This document shows positions 13,990 through 29,200 of a DNA stretch of 64,000 nucleotides, one piece after another. The position numbers and the translations under genes are program-made. The DNA comes from Azolla caroliniana. Taxonomy: Eukaryota > Plantae > Polypodiophyta. The stretch lies in assembly GCA_043228905.1 (NCBI GenBank), contig JBHGNT010000149.1, positions 735 through 64,734 on the forward strand, in the 5' to 3' direction. A model generated the notes under the pieces. The model saw only the letters and a program-made list of their open reading frames with translations, was not told where the DNA came from and made no database searches. Each line of letters opens with the position of its first letter. Position 1 is the first letter of the stretch.

Positions 13990-16900
13990 AATGTTCATAC
14001 CTGGCTCGTGTGATATCGGATTTTTGTGTTCAAACATGCGAATCGAAGCTAACAATGCTAGCTATGACATGGTATTAAAAAATCAAGATTTTGAAACTCA
14101 AGTCGAGAGATATGAAGAAATTAGCAATCTTGAGGAGGGAGTTGAGAGGAGCCCTTGAGTAAATTAAAATGTTCATACCTGGCTCGTGTGATATCGGATT
14201 TTTGTGTTCAACCATGCGAATCAAAGCTAACAACGCTACCTATGATATGGAACTAAAAAATCATGATTTTGAAACTCAGGTCAAGAGATATGAAGAAATT
14301 AGCAATGTTGAGGAGGGAGTTGAGAGGAGCCCTTGAGTACATTAAAATGTTCATACCTGGCGCGTGTGATATCGGATTTTTGTGTTCAGACATGCGAATC
14401 GAAGCTAACAACGCTAGCTATTCTATGGAACTAAAAAATCATGATTTTGAAACTCAGGTCAAGAGATATGAAGAAATTAGCAATGTTGAGGAGGGAGTTG
14501 AGAGGAGCCCTTGAGTACATTAAAATGTTCATACCTGACGAAATTACCTAATTTGAGGAGGGAGTTGAGACGACCTAGTAGGTAAATTAAAATGTTCATA
14601 CCTGGCTCGTGTGATATCGGATTTTTGTGTTCAAACATGCGAATCGAAGCTAACAATGCTAGCTATGACATGGTATTAAAAAATCAAGATTTTGAAACTC
14701 AAGTCGAGAGATATGAAGAAATTAGCAATCTTGAGGAGGGAGTTGAGAGGAGCCCTTGAGTAAATTAAAATGTTCATACCTGGCTCGTGTGATATCGGAT
14801 TTTTGTGTTCAACCATGCGAATCAAAGCTAACAACGCTACCTATGATATGGAACTAAAAAATCATGATTTTGAAACTCAGGTCAAGAGATATGAAGAAAT
14901 TAGCAATGTTGAGGAGGGAGTTGAGAGGAGCCCTTGAGTACATTAAAATGTTCATACCTGGCGCGTGTGATATCTGATTTTTGTGTTCAAACATGCGAAT
15001 CGAAGCTAACAACGCTAGCTATTATATGGAACTAAAAAGTCAAGATTTTGAAACTCAGGTCGAGAGATATGAAGAAATTAGCAATCTTGAGGAGGGAGTT
15101 GAGAGGAGCCCTTGAGTACATTAAAATGTTCATACCTGGCGCGTGTGATATCGGATTTTTGTGTTCAGACATGCGAATCGAAGCTAACAACGCTAGCTAT
15201 TCTATGGAACTAAAAAATCAAGATTTTGAAATTGAGGTCGAGAGACATGAAGAAATTAGCAATCTTGAGGAGGGAGTTGAGAGGAGCCCTTGAGTATATT
15301 AAAATGTTTATACCTGGCTCGTGTGATATCTGATTTTTGTGTTCAAACATGCGAATCGAAGCTAACAACGCTAGCTATTATATGGAACTAAAAAGTCAAG
15401 ATTTTGACACTCAGGTCGAGAGACATGACGAAATTAGCAATCTTGAGGAGGGAGTTGAGAGGAGCCCTTGAGTAAATTAAAATGTTCATACCTGGCGCGT
15501 GTGATATCGGATGTTTGTGTTCAAACATGCGAATCGAAGCTAACAACGTTAGCTATGACATGGTATTAAAAAATCAAGATTTTGAAACTCAAGTCGAGAG
15601 ACATAACGAAATTACCTAATTTGAGGAGTGAGTTGAGAAGACCTAGTATGTAAATTAAAATGTTCATACCTGGCTCGTGTGATATCGGATTTTTGTGTTC
15701 AAACATGCGAATCGAAGCTAACAACGCTAGCTATTCTATGGAACTAAAAAATCAAGATTTTGAAACTCAGGTCGAGAGATATGAAGAAATTAGCAATCTT
15801 GAGGAGGGAGTTGAGAGGAGCCCTTGAGTACATTAAAATGTTCATACCTGGCGCGTGTGATATCTGATTTTTGTGTTCAAACATGCGAATCGAAGCTAAC
15901 AACGCTAGCTATTATATGGAACTAAAAAGTCAAGATTTTGAAACTCAGGTCGAGAGATATGAAGAAATTAGCAATCTTGAGGAGGGAGTTGAGAGGAGCC
16001 CTTGAGTACATTAAAATGTTCATACCTGGCGCGTGTGATATCGGATTTTTGTGTTCAAACATGCGAATCGAAGCTAACAACACTAGCTATTCTATGGAAC
16101 TAAAAAATCAAGATTTTGAAACTCAGGTCGAGAGATATGAAGAAATTAGCAATCTTGAGGAGGGAGTTGAGAGGAGCCCTTGAGTACATTAAAATGTTCA
16201 TACCTGGCTCGTGTGATATCGGATTTTTGTGTTCAAACATGCGAATCGAAGCTAACAATGCTAGCTATGACATGGTATTAAAAAATCATGATTTTGAAAC
16301 TCAGGTCGAGAGATATGAAGAAATTAGCAATCTTGAGGAGGGAGTTGAGAGGAGCCCTTGAGTACATTAAAATGTTCAGACCTGGCGCGTGTGATATCGG
16401 ATTTTTGTGTTCAAACATGCGAATCGAAGCTAACAACGCTAGCTATTATATGGAACAACGCTAGCTATTCATGATTTTGAAACTCAGGTCGAGAGACATG
16501 ACGAATTTACCAAATTGGAGGAGGGAGTTGAGAGGAGCCCTTGAGTATATTAAAATGTTCATACCTGGCGCGTGTGATATCGGATTTTTGTGTTCCAACA
16601 TGCGAATCGAAGCTAACAACGCTAGCTATGACATGCTATTAAAAAATCAAGATTTTGAAACTCAAGTCGAGAGACATGACGAAATTACCTAATTTGAGGA
16701 GGGAGTTGAGACGAGCCCTTGAGTACATTAAAATGTTCATACCTGGCTCGTGTGATATCGGATTTTTGTGTTCAAACATGCGAATGGAAGCTAACAACGC
16801 TAGCTATGACATGGTATTAAAAAATCAAGATTTTGAAACTCAAGTCGAGAGATATGAAGAAATTAGCAATCTTGAGGAGGGAGTTGAGAGGAGCCCTTGA

Positions 16901-19900
16901 GTAAATTAAAATGTTCATACCTGGCGCGTGTGATATCGGATGTTTGTGTTCAAACGTGGGAATCGAAGCTAACAACGTTAGCTATGACATGGTATTAAAA
17001 AATCAAGATTTTGAAACTCAAGTCGAGAGACATAACGAAATTACCTAATTTGAGGAGTGAGTTGAGAAGACCTAGTATGTAAATTAAAATGTTCATACCT
17101 GGCTCGTGTGATATCGGATTTTTGTGTTCAAACATGCGAATCGAAGCTAACAACGCTAGCTATTCTATGGAACTAAAAAATCATGATTTTGAAACTCAGG
17201 TCAAGAGATATGAAGAAATTAGCAATGTTGAGGAGGGAGTTGAGAGGAGCCCTTGAGTACATTAAAATGTTCATACCTGACGAAATTACCTAATTTGAGG
17301 AGGGAGTTGAGACGACCTAGTAGGTAAATTAAAATGTTCATACCTGGCTCGTGTGATATCGGATTTTTGTGTTCAAACATGCGAATCGAAGCTAACAATG
17401 CTAGCTATGACATGGTATTAAAAAATCAAGATTTTGAAACTCAAGTCGAGAGATATGAAGAAATTAGCAATCTTGAGGAGGGAGTTGAGAGGAGCCCTTG
17501 AGTAAATTAAAATGTTCATACCTGGCTCGTGTGATATCGGATTTTTGTGTTCAACCATGCGAATCAAAGCTAACAACGCTACCTATGATATGGAACTAAA
17601 AAATCATGATTTTGAAACTCAGGTCAAGAGATATGAAGAAATTAGCAATGTTGAGGAGGGAGTTGAGAGGAGCCCTTGAGTACATTAAAATGTTCATACC
17701 TGGCGCGTGTGATATCGGATTTTTGTGTTCAGACATGCGAATCGAAGCTAACAACGCTAGCTATTCTATGGAACTAAAAAATCATGATTTTGAAACTCAG
17801 GTCAAGAGATATGAAGAAATTAGCAATGTTGAGGAGGGAGTTGAGAGGAGCCCTTGAGTACATTAAAATGTTCATACCTGACGAAATTACCTAATTTGAG
17901 GAGGGAGTTGAGACGACCTAGTAGGTAAATTAAAATGTTCATACCTGGCTCGTGTGATATCGGATTTTTGTGTTCAAACATGCGAATCGAAGCTAACAAT
18001 GCTAGCTATGACATGGTATTAAAAAATCAAGATTTTGAAACTCAAGTCGAGAGATATGAAGAAATTAGCAATCTTGAGGAGGGAGTTGAGAGGAGCCCTT
18101 GAGTAAATTAAAATGTTCATACCTGGCTCGTGTGATATCGGATTTTTGTGTTCAACCATGCGAATCAAAGCTAACAACGCTACCTATGATATGGAACTAA
18201 AAAATCATGATTTTGAAACTCAGGTCAAGAGATATGAAGAAATTAGCAATGTTGAGGAGGGAGTTGAGAGGAGCCCTTGAGTACATTAAAATGTTCATAC
18301 CTGGCGCGTGTGATATCTGATTTTTGTGTTCAAACATGCGAATCGAAGCTAACAACGCTAGCTATTATATGGAACTAAAAAGTCAAGATTTTGAAACTCA
18401 GGTCGAGAGATATGAAGAAATTAGCAATCTTGAGGAGGGAGTTGAGAGGAGCCCTTGAGTACATTAAAATGTTCATACCTGGCGCGTGTGATATCGGATT
18501 TTTGTGTTCAGACATGCGAATCGAAGCTAACAACGCTAGCTATTCTATGGAACTAAAAAATCAAGATTTTGAAATTGAGGTCGAGAGACATGAAGAAATT
18601 AGCAATCTTGAGGAGGGAGTTGAGAGGAGCCCTTGAGTATATTAAAATGTTTATACCTGGCTCGTGTGATATCGGATTTTTGTGTTCAAACATGCGAATC
18701 GAAGCTAACAACGCTAGCTATGACATGGTATTAAAAAATCAAGATTTTGACACTCAGGTCGAGAGACATGACGAAATTAGCAATCTTGAGGAGGGAGTTG
18801 AGAGGAGCCCTTGAGTAAATTAAAATGTTCATACCTGGCGCGTGTGATATCGGATGTTTGTGTTCAAACATGCGAATCGAAGCTAACAACGTTAGCTATG
18901 ACATGGTATTAAAAAATCAAGATTTTGAAACTCAAGTCGAGAGACATAACGAAATTACCTAATTTGAGGAGTGAGTTGAGAAGACCTAGTATGTAAATTA
19001 AAATGTTCATACCTGGCTCGTGTGATATCGGATTTTTGTGTTCAAACATGCGAATCGAAGCTAACAACGCTAGCTATTCTATGGAACTAAAAAATCAAGA
19101 TTTTGAAACTCAGGTCGAGAGATATGAAGAAATTAGCAATCTTGAGGAGGGAGTTGAGAGGAGCCCTTGAGTACATTAAAATGTTCATACCTGGCGCGTG
19201 TGATATCTGATTTTTGTGTTCAAACATGCGAATCGAAGCTAACAACGCTAGCTATTATATGGAACTAAAAAGTCAAGATTTTGAAACTCAGGTCGAGAGA
19301 TATGAAGAAATTAGCAATCTTGAGGAGGGAGTTGAGAGGAGCCCTTGAGTACATTAAAATGTTCATACCTGGCGCGTGTGATATCGGATTTTTGTGTTCA
19401 AACATGCGAATCGAAGCTAACAACACTAGCTATTCTATGGAACTAAAAAATCAAGATTTTGAAACTCAGGTCGAGAGATATGAAGAAATTAGCAATCTTG
19501 AGGAGGGAGTTGAGAGGAGCCCTTGAGTACATTAAAATGTTCATACCTGGCTCGTGTGATATCGGATTTTTGTGTTCAAACATGCGAATCGAAGCTAACA
19601 ATGCTAGCTATGACATGGTATTAAAAAATCATGATTTTGAAACTCAGGTCGAGAGATATGAAGAAATTAGCAATCTTGAGGAGGGAGTTGAGAGGAGCCC
19701 TTGAGTACATTAAAATGTTCAGACCTGGCGCGTGTGATATCGGATTTTTGTGTTCAAACATGCGAATCGAAGCTAACAACGCTAGCTATTATATGGAACA
19801 ACGCTAGCTATTCATGATTTTGAAACTCAGGTCGAGAGACATGACGAAATTACCAAATTGGAGGAGGGAGTTGAGAGGAGCCCTTGAGTATATTAAAATG

Positions 19901-20263
19901 TTCATACCTGGCGCGTGTGATATCGGATTTTTGTGTTCCAACATGCGAATCGAAGCTAACAACGCTAGCTATGACATGCTATTAAAAAATCAAGATTTTG
20001 AAACTCAAGTCGAGAGACATGACGAAATTACCTAATTTGAGGAGGGAGTTGAGACGAGCCCTTGAGTACATTAAAATGTTCATACCTGGCTCGTGTGATA
20101 TCGGATTTTTGTGTTCAAACATGCGAATGGAAGCTAACAACGCTAGCTATGACATGGTATTAAAAAATCAAGATTTTGAAACTCAAGTCGAGAGATATGA
20201 AGAAATTAGCAATCTTGAGGAGGGAGTTGAGAGGAGCCCTTGAGTAAATTAAAATGTTCATAC
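13990..20263 (+). repeat. Higher-order duplication with 3343-bp offset (~13990-16920 and ~17333-20263)
   Basis: The 67-bp monomer occurs at 14538 and 17881 and the 183-bp monomer marker at 16454 and 19797. ORF-track variants match at 14263/17606 and 16655/19998. Boundaries are approximate. Confidence 0.85.
16454..16469 (+). repeat. Templated insertion defining a 183-bp monomer; 7 copies at 16454, 19797, 24074, 36995, 41272, 42701 and 44130
   Basis: ATGGAAC-TAAAAAA-TCATG is replaced by ATGGAAC-AACGCTAGCTAT-TCATG. AACAACGCTAGCTATT at 16454-16469 is an exact copy of 16432-16447. Net change is +5 bp. Confidence 0.92.
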
Positions 20264-23200
20264 CTGGCTCGTGTGATATCGGATTTTTGTGTTCAACCAT
20301 GCGAATCAAAGCTAACAACGGTACCTATGATATGGAACTAAAAAATCAAGATTTTGAAACTCAGGTCAAGAGATATGAAGAAATTAGCAATGTTGAGGAG
20401 GGAGTTGAGAGGAGCCCTTGAGTACATTAAAATGTTCATACCTGGCTCGTGTGATATCGGATTTTTGTGTTCAAACATGCGAATCGAAGCTAACAATGCT
20501 AGCTATGACATGGTATTAAAAAATCAAGATTTTGAAACTCAAGTCGAGAGACATGACGAAATTACCTAATTTGAGGAGGGAGTTGAGACGACCTAGTAGG
20601 TAAATTAAAATGTTCATACCTGGCTCGTGTGATATCGGATTTTTGTGTTCAAACATGCGAATCAAAGCTAACAACGCTAGCTATGATATGGAACTAAAAA
20701 ATCAAGATTTTGAAACTCAGGTCGAGAGATATGAAGAAATTAGCAATCTTGAGGAGGGAGTTGAGAGGAGCCCTTGAGTACATTAAAATGTTCATACCTG
20801 GCGCGTGTGATATCGTATTTTTGTGTTCAAACATGCGAATCGAAGCTAACAACGCTAGCTATTATATGGAACTAAAAAATCAAGATTTTGAAACTCAGGT
20901 CCAGAAATATGAAGAAATTAGCAATCTTGAGGAGGGAGTTGAGAGGAGCCCTTGAGTACATTAAAATGTTCATACCTGGCTCGTGTGATATCGGATTTTT
21001 GTGTTCAAACATGCGAATCGAAGCTAACAATGCTAGCTATGACATGGTATTAAAAAATCAAGATTTTGAAACTCAAGTCGAGAGACATGACGAAATTACC
21101 TAATTTGAGGAGGGAGTTGAGACGACCTAGTAGGTAAATTAAAATGTTCATACCTGGCTCGTGTGATATCGGATTTTTGTGTTCAAACATGCGAATCAAA
21201 GCTAACAACGCTAGCTATGATATGGAACTAAAAAATCAAGATTTTGAAACTCAGGTCGAGAGATATGAAGAAATTAGCAATCTTGAGGAGGGAGTTGAGA
21301 GGAGCCCTTGAGTACATTAAAATGTTCATACCTGGCTCGTGTGATATCGGATTTTTGTGTTCAAACATGCGAATCGAAGCTAACATTGCTAGCTATGACA
21401 TGGTATTAAAAAATCAAGATTTTGAAACTCAAGTCGAGAGATATGAAGAAATTAGCAATCTTGAGGAGGGAGTTGAGAGGAGCCCTTGCGTAAATTAAAA
21501 TGTTCATACCTGGCTCGTGTGATATCGGATTTTTGTGTTCAAACATGCGAATCGAAGCTAACAATGCTAGCTATGACATGGTATTAAAAAATCAAGATTT
21601 TGAAACTCAGGTCGAGAGATATGAAGAAATTAGCAATCTTGAGGAGGGAGTTGAGAGGAGCCCTTGAGTAAATTAAAATGTTCATACCTGGCTCGTGTGA
21701 TATCGGATTTTTGTGTTCAAACATGCGAATCGATGCTAACAACGCTAGCTATGATATGGTATTAAAAAATCATGATTTTGAAACTCAGGTCGAGAGACAT
21801 GACGAAATTACCAAATTGGAGGAGGGAGTTGAGAGGAGCCCTTGAGTATATTAAAATGTTCATACCTGGCGCGTGTGATATCGGATTTTTGTGTTCCAAC
21901 ATGCGAATCGAAGCTAACAACGCTAGCTATGACATGGTATTAAAAAATCAAGATTTTGAAACTCAGGTCGAGAGACATGAAGAAATTAGCAATCTTGAGG
22001 AGGGAGTTGAGAGGAGCCCTTGAGTAAATTAAAATGTTCATACCTGGCTCGTGTGATATCGGTTTTTTGTGTTCAAACATGCGAATCGAAGCTAAAAACG
22101 CTAGCTATGATATGGTATTCAAAAATCATGATTTCGAAATTGAGGTCGAGAGACATGAAGAAATTAGCAATCTTGAGGAGGGAGTTGAGAGGAGCCCTTG
22201 AGTACATTAAAATGTTCATACCTGGCTCGTGTGATATCGGATTTTTGTGTTCAAACATGCGAATCGAAGCTAACAACGCTAGCTATTATATGGAACTAAA
22301 AAATCAAGATTTTGAAACTCAGGTCCAGAAATATGAAGAAATTAGCAATCTTGAGGAGGGAGTTGAGAGGAGCCCTTGAGTACATTAAAATGTTCATACC
22401 TGGCTCGTGTGATATCGGATTTTTGTGTTCAAACATGTGAATCGAAGCTAACAACGCTAGCTATTCAATGGAACTAAAAAATCAAGATTTTGAAACTCAG
22501 GTCGAGAGATATGAAGAAATTAGCAATCTTGAGGAGGGAGTTGAGAGGAGCCCTTGAGTACATTAAAATGTTCATACCTGGCGCGTGTGATATCTGATTT
22601 TTGTGTTCAAACATGCGAATCGAAGCTAACAACGCTAGCTATTATATGGAACTAAAAAGTCAAGATTTTGAAACTCAGGTCGAGAGATATGAAGAAATTA
22701 GCAATCTTGAGGAGGGAGTTGAGAGGAGCCCTTGAGTACATTAAAATGTTCATACCTGGCGCGTGTGATATCGGATTTTTGTGTTCAGACATGCGAATCG
22801 AAGCTAACAACGCTAGCTATTCTATGGAACTAAAAAATCAAGATTTTGAAATTGAGGTCGAGAGACATGAAGAAATTAGCAATCTTGAGGAGGGAGTTGA
22901 GAGGAGCCCTTGAGTATATTAAAATGTTTATACCTGGCTCGTGTGATATCGGATTTTTGTGTTCAAACATGCGAATCGAAGCTAACAACGCTAGCTATGA
23001 CATGGTATTAAAAAATCAAGATTTTGACACTCAGGTCGAGAGACATGACGAAATTAGCAATCTTGAGGAGGGAGTTGAGAGGAGCCCTTGAGTAAATTAA
23101 AATGTTCATACCTGGCGCGTGTGATATCGGATGTTTGTGTTCAAACATGCGAATCGAAGCTAACAACGTTAGCTATGACATGGTATTAAAAAATCAAGAT

Positions 23201-26200
23201 TTTGAAACTCAAGTCGAGAGACATAACGAAATTACCTAATTTGAGGAGTGAGTTGAGAAGACCTAGTATGTAAATTAAAATGTTCATACCTGGCTCGTGT
23301 GATATCGGATTTTTGTGTTCAAACATGCGAATCGAAGCTAACAACGCTAGCTATTCTATGGAACTAAAAAATCAAGATTTTGAAACTCAGGTCGAGAGAT
23401 ATGAAGAAATTAGCAATCTTGAGGAGGGAGTTGAGAGGAGCCCTTGAGTACATTAAAATGTTCATACCTGGCGCGTGTGATATCTGATTTTTGTGTTCAA
23501 ACATGCGAATCGAAGCTAACAACGCTAGCTATTATATGGAACTAAAAAGTCAAGATTTTGAAACTCAGGTCGAGAGATATGAAGAAATTAGCAATCTTGA
23601 GGAGGGAGTTGAGAGGAGCCCTTGAGTACATTAAAATGTTCATACCTGGCGCGTGTGATATCGGATTTTTGTGTTCAAACATGCGAATCGAAGCTAACAA
23701 TGCTAGCTATGACATGGTATTAAAAAATCAAGATTTTGAAACTCAGGTCGAGAGATATGAAGAAATTAGCAATGTTGAGGAGGGAGTTGAGAGGAGCCCT
23801 TGAGTACATTAAAATGTTCATACCTGGCTCGTGTGATATCGGATTTTTGTGTTCAAACATGCGAATCGAAGCTAACAATGCTAGCTATGACATGGTATTA
23901 AAAAATCATGATTTTGAAACTCAGGTCGAGAGATATGAAGAAATTAGCAATCTTGAGGAGGGAGTTGAGAGGAGCCCTTGAGTACATTAAAATGTTCAGA
24001 CCTGGCGCGTGTGATATCGGATTTTTGTGTTCAAACATGCGAATCGAAGCTAACAACGCTAGCTATTATATGGAACAACGCTAGCTATTCATGATTTTGA
24101 AACTCAGGTCGAGAGACATGACGAAATTACCAAATTGGAGGAGGGAGTTGAGAGGAGCCCTTGAGTATATTAAAATGTTCATACCTGGCGCGTGTGATAT
24201 CGGATTTTTGTGTTCCAACATGCGAATCGAAGCTAACAACGCTAGCTATGACATGCTATTAAAAAATCAAGAATTTGAAACTCAAGTCGAGAGACATGAC
24301 GAAATTACCTAATTTGAGGAGGGAGTTGAGACGAGCCCTTGAGTACATTAAAATGTTCATACCTGGCTCGTGTGATATCGGATTTTTGTGTTCAAACATG
24401 CGAATGGAAGCTAACAATGCTAGCTATGACATGGTATTAAAAAATCAAGATTTTGAAACTCAAGTCGAGAGATATGAAGAAATTAGCAATCTTGAGGAGG
24501 GAGTTGAGAGGAGCCCTTGAGTAAATTAAAATGTTCATACCTGGCTCGTGTGATATCGGATTTTTGTGTTCAACCATGCGAATCAAAGCTAACAACGCTA
24601 CCTATGATATGGAACTAAAAAATCATGATTTTGAAACTCAGGTCAAGAGATATGAAGAAATTAGCAATGTTGAGGAGGGAGTTGAGAGGAGCCCTTGAGT
24701 ACATTAAAATGTTCATACCTGGCGCGTGTGATATCGGATTTTTGTGTTCAGACATGCGAATCGAAGCTAACAACGCTAGCTATTCTATGGAACTAAAAAA
24801 TCAAGATTTTGAAATTGAGGTCGAGAGACATGAAGAAATTAGCAATCTTGAGGAGGGAGTTGAGAGGAGCCCTTGAGTACATTAAAATGTTCATACCTGG
24901 CGCGTGTGATATCTGATTTTTGTGTTCAAACATGCGAATCGAAGCTAACAACGCTAGCTATTATATGGAACTAAAAAGTCAAGATTTTGAAACTCAGGTC
25001 GAGAGATATGAAGAAATTAGCAATCTTGAGGAGGGACTTGAGAGGAGCCCTTGAGTACATTAAAATGTTCATACCTGGCTCGTGTGATATCGGATTTTTG
25101 TGTTCAAACATGCGAATCAAAGCTAACAACGCTAGCTATGATATGGAACTAAAAAATCAAGATTTTGAAACTCAGGTCGAGAGATATGAAGAAATTAGCA
25201 ATCTTGAGGAGGGAGTTGAGAGGAGCCCTTGAGTACATTAAAATGTTCATACCTGGCTCGTGTGATATCGGATTTTTGTGTTCAAACATGCGAATCGAAG
25301 CTAACAATGCTAGCTATGACATGGTATTAAAAAATCAAGATTTTGAAACTCAAGTCGAGAGATATGAAGAAATTAGCAATCTTGAGGAGGGAGTTGAGAG
25401 GAGCCCTTGAGTAAATTAAAATGTTCATACCTGGCTCGTGTGATATCGGATTTTTGTGTTCAAACATGCGAATCGAAGCTAACAATGCTAGCTATGACAT
25501 GGTATTAAAAAATCAAGATTTTGAAACTCAGGTCGAGAGATATGAAGAAATTAGCAATCTTGAGGAGGGAGTTGAGAGGAGCCCTTGAGTAAATTAAAAT
25601 GTTCATACCTGGCTCGTGTGATATCGGATTTTTGTGTTTAAACATGCGAATCGAAGCTAACAACGCTAGCTATGATATGGTATTAAAAAATCATGATTTT
25701 GAAACTCAGGTCGATAGACATGACGAAATTAGCAATCTTGAGGAGGGAGTTGAGAGGAGCCCTTGAGTACATTAAAATGTTCATACCTGGCGCGTGTGAT
25801 ATCTGATTTTTGTGTTCAAACATGCGAATCGAAGCTAACAACGCTAGCTATTATATGGAACTAAAAAGTCAAGATTTTGAAACTCAGGTCGAGAGATATG
25901 AAGAAATTAGCAATCTTGAGGAGGGAGTTGAGAGGAGCCCTTGAGTACATTAAAATGTTCATACCTGGCGCGTGTGATATCGGATTTTTGTGTTCAGACA
26001 TGCGAATCGAAGCTAACAACGCTAGCTATTCTATGGAACTAAAAAATCAAGATTTTGAAATTGAGGTCGAGAGACATGAAGAAATTAGCAATCTTGAGGA
26101 GGGAGTTGAGAGGAGCCCTTGAGTATATTAAAATGTTTATACCTGGCTCGTGTGATATCGGATTTTTGTGTTCAAACATGCGAATCGAAGCTAACAACGC

Positions 26201-29200
26201 TAGCTATGACATGGTATTAAAAAATCAAGATTTTGAAACTCAGGTCGAGAGATATGAAGAAATTAGCAATCTTGAGGAGGGAGTTGAGAGGAGCCCTTGA
26301 GTACATTAAAATGTTCATACCTGGCTCGTGTGATATCGGATTTTTGTGTTCAAACATGCGAATCGAAGCTAACAACGCTAGCTATTATATGGAACTAAAA
26401 AGTCAAGATTTTGAAACTCAGGTCGAGAGATATGAAGAAATTAGCAATCTTGAGGAGGGAGTTGAGAGGAGCCCTTGAGTACATTAAAATGTTCATACCT
26501 GGCGCGTGTGATATCGGATTTTTGTGTTCAAACATGCGAATCGAAGCTAACAATGCTAGCTATGACATGGTATTAAAAAATCAAGATTTTGAAACTCAGG
26601 TCGAGAGATATGAAGAAATTAGCAATCTTGAGGAGGGAGTTGAGAGGAGCCCTTGAGTAAATTAAAATGTTCATACCTGGCGCGTGTGATATCGGATTTT
26701 TGTGTTCCAACATGCGAATCGAAGCTAACAACGCTAGCTATGACATGGTATTAAAAAATTAAGATTTTGAAACTCAGGTCGAGAGATATGAAGAAATTAG
26801 CAATCTTGAGGAGGGAGTTGAGAGGAGCCCTTGAGTACATTAAAATGTTCATACCTGGCTCGTGTGATATCGGATTTTTGTGTTCAAACATGCGAATCGA
26901 AGCTAACAATGCTAGCTATGACATGCTATTAAAAAATCAAGATTTTGAAACTCAGGTCGAGAGATATGAAGAAATTAGCAATCTTGAGGAGGGAGTTGAG
27001 AGGAGCCCTTGGGTAAATTAAAATGTTCATACCTGGCTCGTGTGATATCGGATTTTTGTGTTCAAACATGCGAATCGAAGCTAACAATGCTAGCTATGAC
27101 ATGGTATTAAAAAATCAAGATTTTGAAACTCAAGTCGAGAGATATGAAGAAATTAGCAATCTTGAGGAGGGAGTTGAGAGGAGCCCTTGAGTAAATTAAA
27201 ATGTTCATACCTGGTTCGTGTGATATCGGATTTTTGTGTTCAACCATGCGAATCAAAGCTAACAACGCTACCTATGATATGGAACTAAAAAATCATGATT
27301 TTGAAACTCAGGTCAAGAGATATGAAGAAATTAGCAATGTTGAGGAGGGAGTTGAGAGGAGCCCTTGAGTACATTAAAATGTTCATACCTGGCGCGTGTG
27401 ATATCTGATTTTTGTGTTCAAACATGCGAATCGAAGCTAACAACGCTAGCTATTATATGGAACTAAAAAGTCAAGATTTTGAAACTCAGGTCGAGAGATA
27501 TGAAGAAATTAGCAATCTTGAGGAGGGAGTTGAGAGGAGCCCTTGAGTACATTAAAATGTTCATACCTGGCGCGTGTGATATCGGATTTTTGTGTTCAAA
27601 CATGCGAATCGAAGCTAACAACGCTAGCTATTATATGGAACTAAAAAATCAAGATTTTGAAACTCAGGTCCAGAAATATGAAGAAATTAGCAATCTTGAG
27701 GAGGGAGTTGAGAGGAGCCCTTGAGTACATTAAAATGTTCATACCTGGCTCGTGTGATATCGGATTTTTGTGTTCAAACATGCGAATCGAAGCTAACAAT
27801 GCTAGCTATGACATGGTATTAAAAAATCAAGATTTTGAAACTCAAGTCGAGAGACATGACGAAATTACCTAATTTGAGGAGGGAGTTGAGACGACCTAGT
27901 AGGTAAATTAAAATGTTCATACCTGGCTCGTGTGATATCGGATTTTTGTGTTCAAACATGCGAATCAAAGCTAACAACGCTAGCTATGATATGGAACTAA
28001 AAAATCAAGATTTTGAAACTCAGGTCGAGAGATATGAAGAAATTAGCAATCTTGAGGAGGGAGTTGAGAGGAGCCCTTGAGTACATTAAAATGTTCATAC
28101 CTGGCGCGTGTGATATCGTATTTTTGTGTTCAAACATGCGAATCGAAGCTAACAACGCTAGCTATTATATGGAACTAAAAAATCAAGATTTTGAAACTCA
28201 GGTCCAGAAATATGAAGAAATTAGCAATCTTGAGGAGGGAGTTGAGAGGAGCCCTTGAGTACATTAAAATGTTCATACCTGGCTCGTGTGATATCGGATT
28301 TTTGTGTTCAAACATGCGAATCGAAGCTAACAATGCTAGCTATGACATGGTATTAAAAAATCAAGATTTTGAAACTCAAGTCGAGAGACATGACGAAATT
28401 ACCTAATTTGAGGAGGGAGTTGAGACGACCTAGTAGGTAAATTAAAATGTTCATACCTGGCTCGTGTGATATCGGATTTTTGTGTTCAAACATGCGAATC
28501 AAAGCTAACAACGCTAGCTATGATATGGAACTAAAAAATCAAGATTTTGAAACTCAGGTCGAGAGACATGAAGAAATTAGCAATCTTGAGGAGGGAGTTG
28601 AGAGGAGCCCTTGAGTACATTAAAATGTTCATACCTGGCTCGTGTGATATCGGATTTTTGTGTTCAAACATGCGAATCGAAGCTAACATTGCTAGCTATG
28701 ACATGGTATTAAAAAATCAAGATTTTGAAACTCAAGTCGAGAGATATGAAGAAATTAGCAATCTTGAGGAGGGAGTTGAGAGGAGCCCTTGCGTAAATTA
28801 AAATGTTCATACCTGGCTCGTGTGATATCGGATTTTTGTGTTCAAACATGCGAATCGAAGCTAACAATGCTAGCTATGACATGGTATTAAAAAATCAAGA
28901 TTTTGAAACTCAGGTCGAGAGATATGAAGAAATTAGCAATCTTGAGGAGGGAGTTGAGAGGAGCCCTTGAGTAAATTAAAATGTTCATACCTGGCTCGTG
29001 TGATATCGGATTTTTGTGTTCAAACATGCGAATCGAAGCTAACAACGCTAGCTATGATATGGTATTAAAAAATCATGATTTTGAAACTCAGGTCGAGAGA
29101 CATGACGAAATTACCAAATTGGAGGAGGGAGTTGAGAGGAGCCCTTGAGTATATTAAAATGTTCATACCTGGCGCGTGTGATATCGGATTTTTGTGTTCC

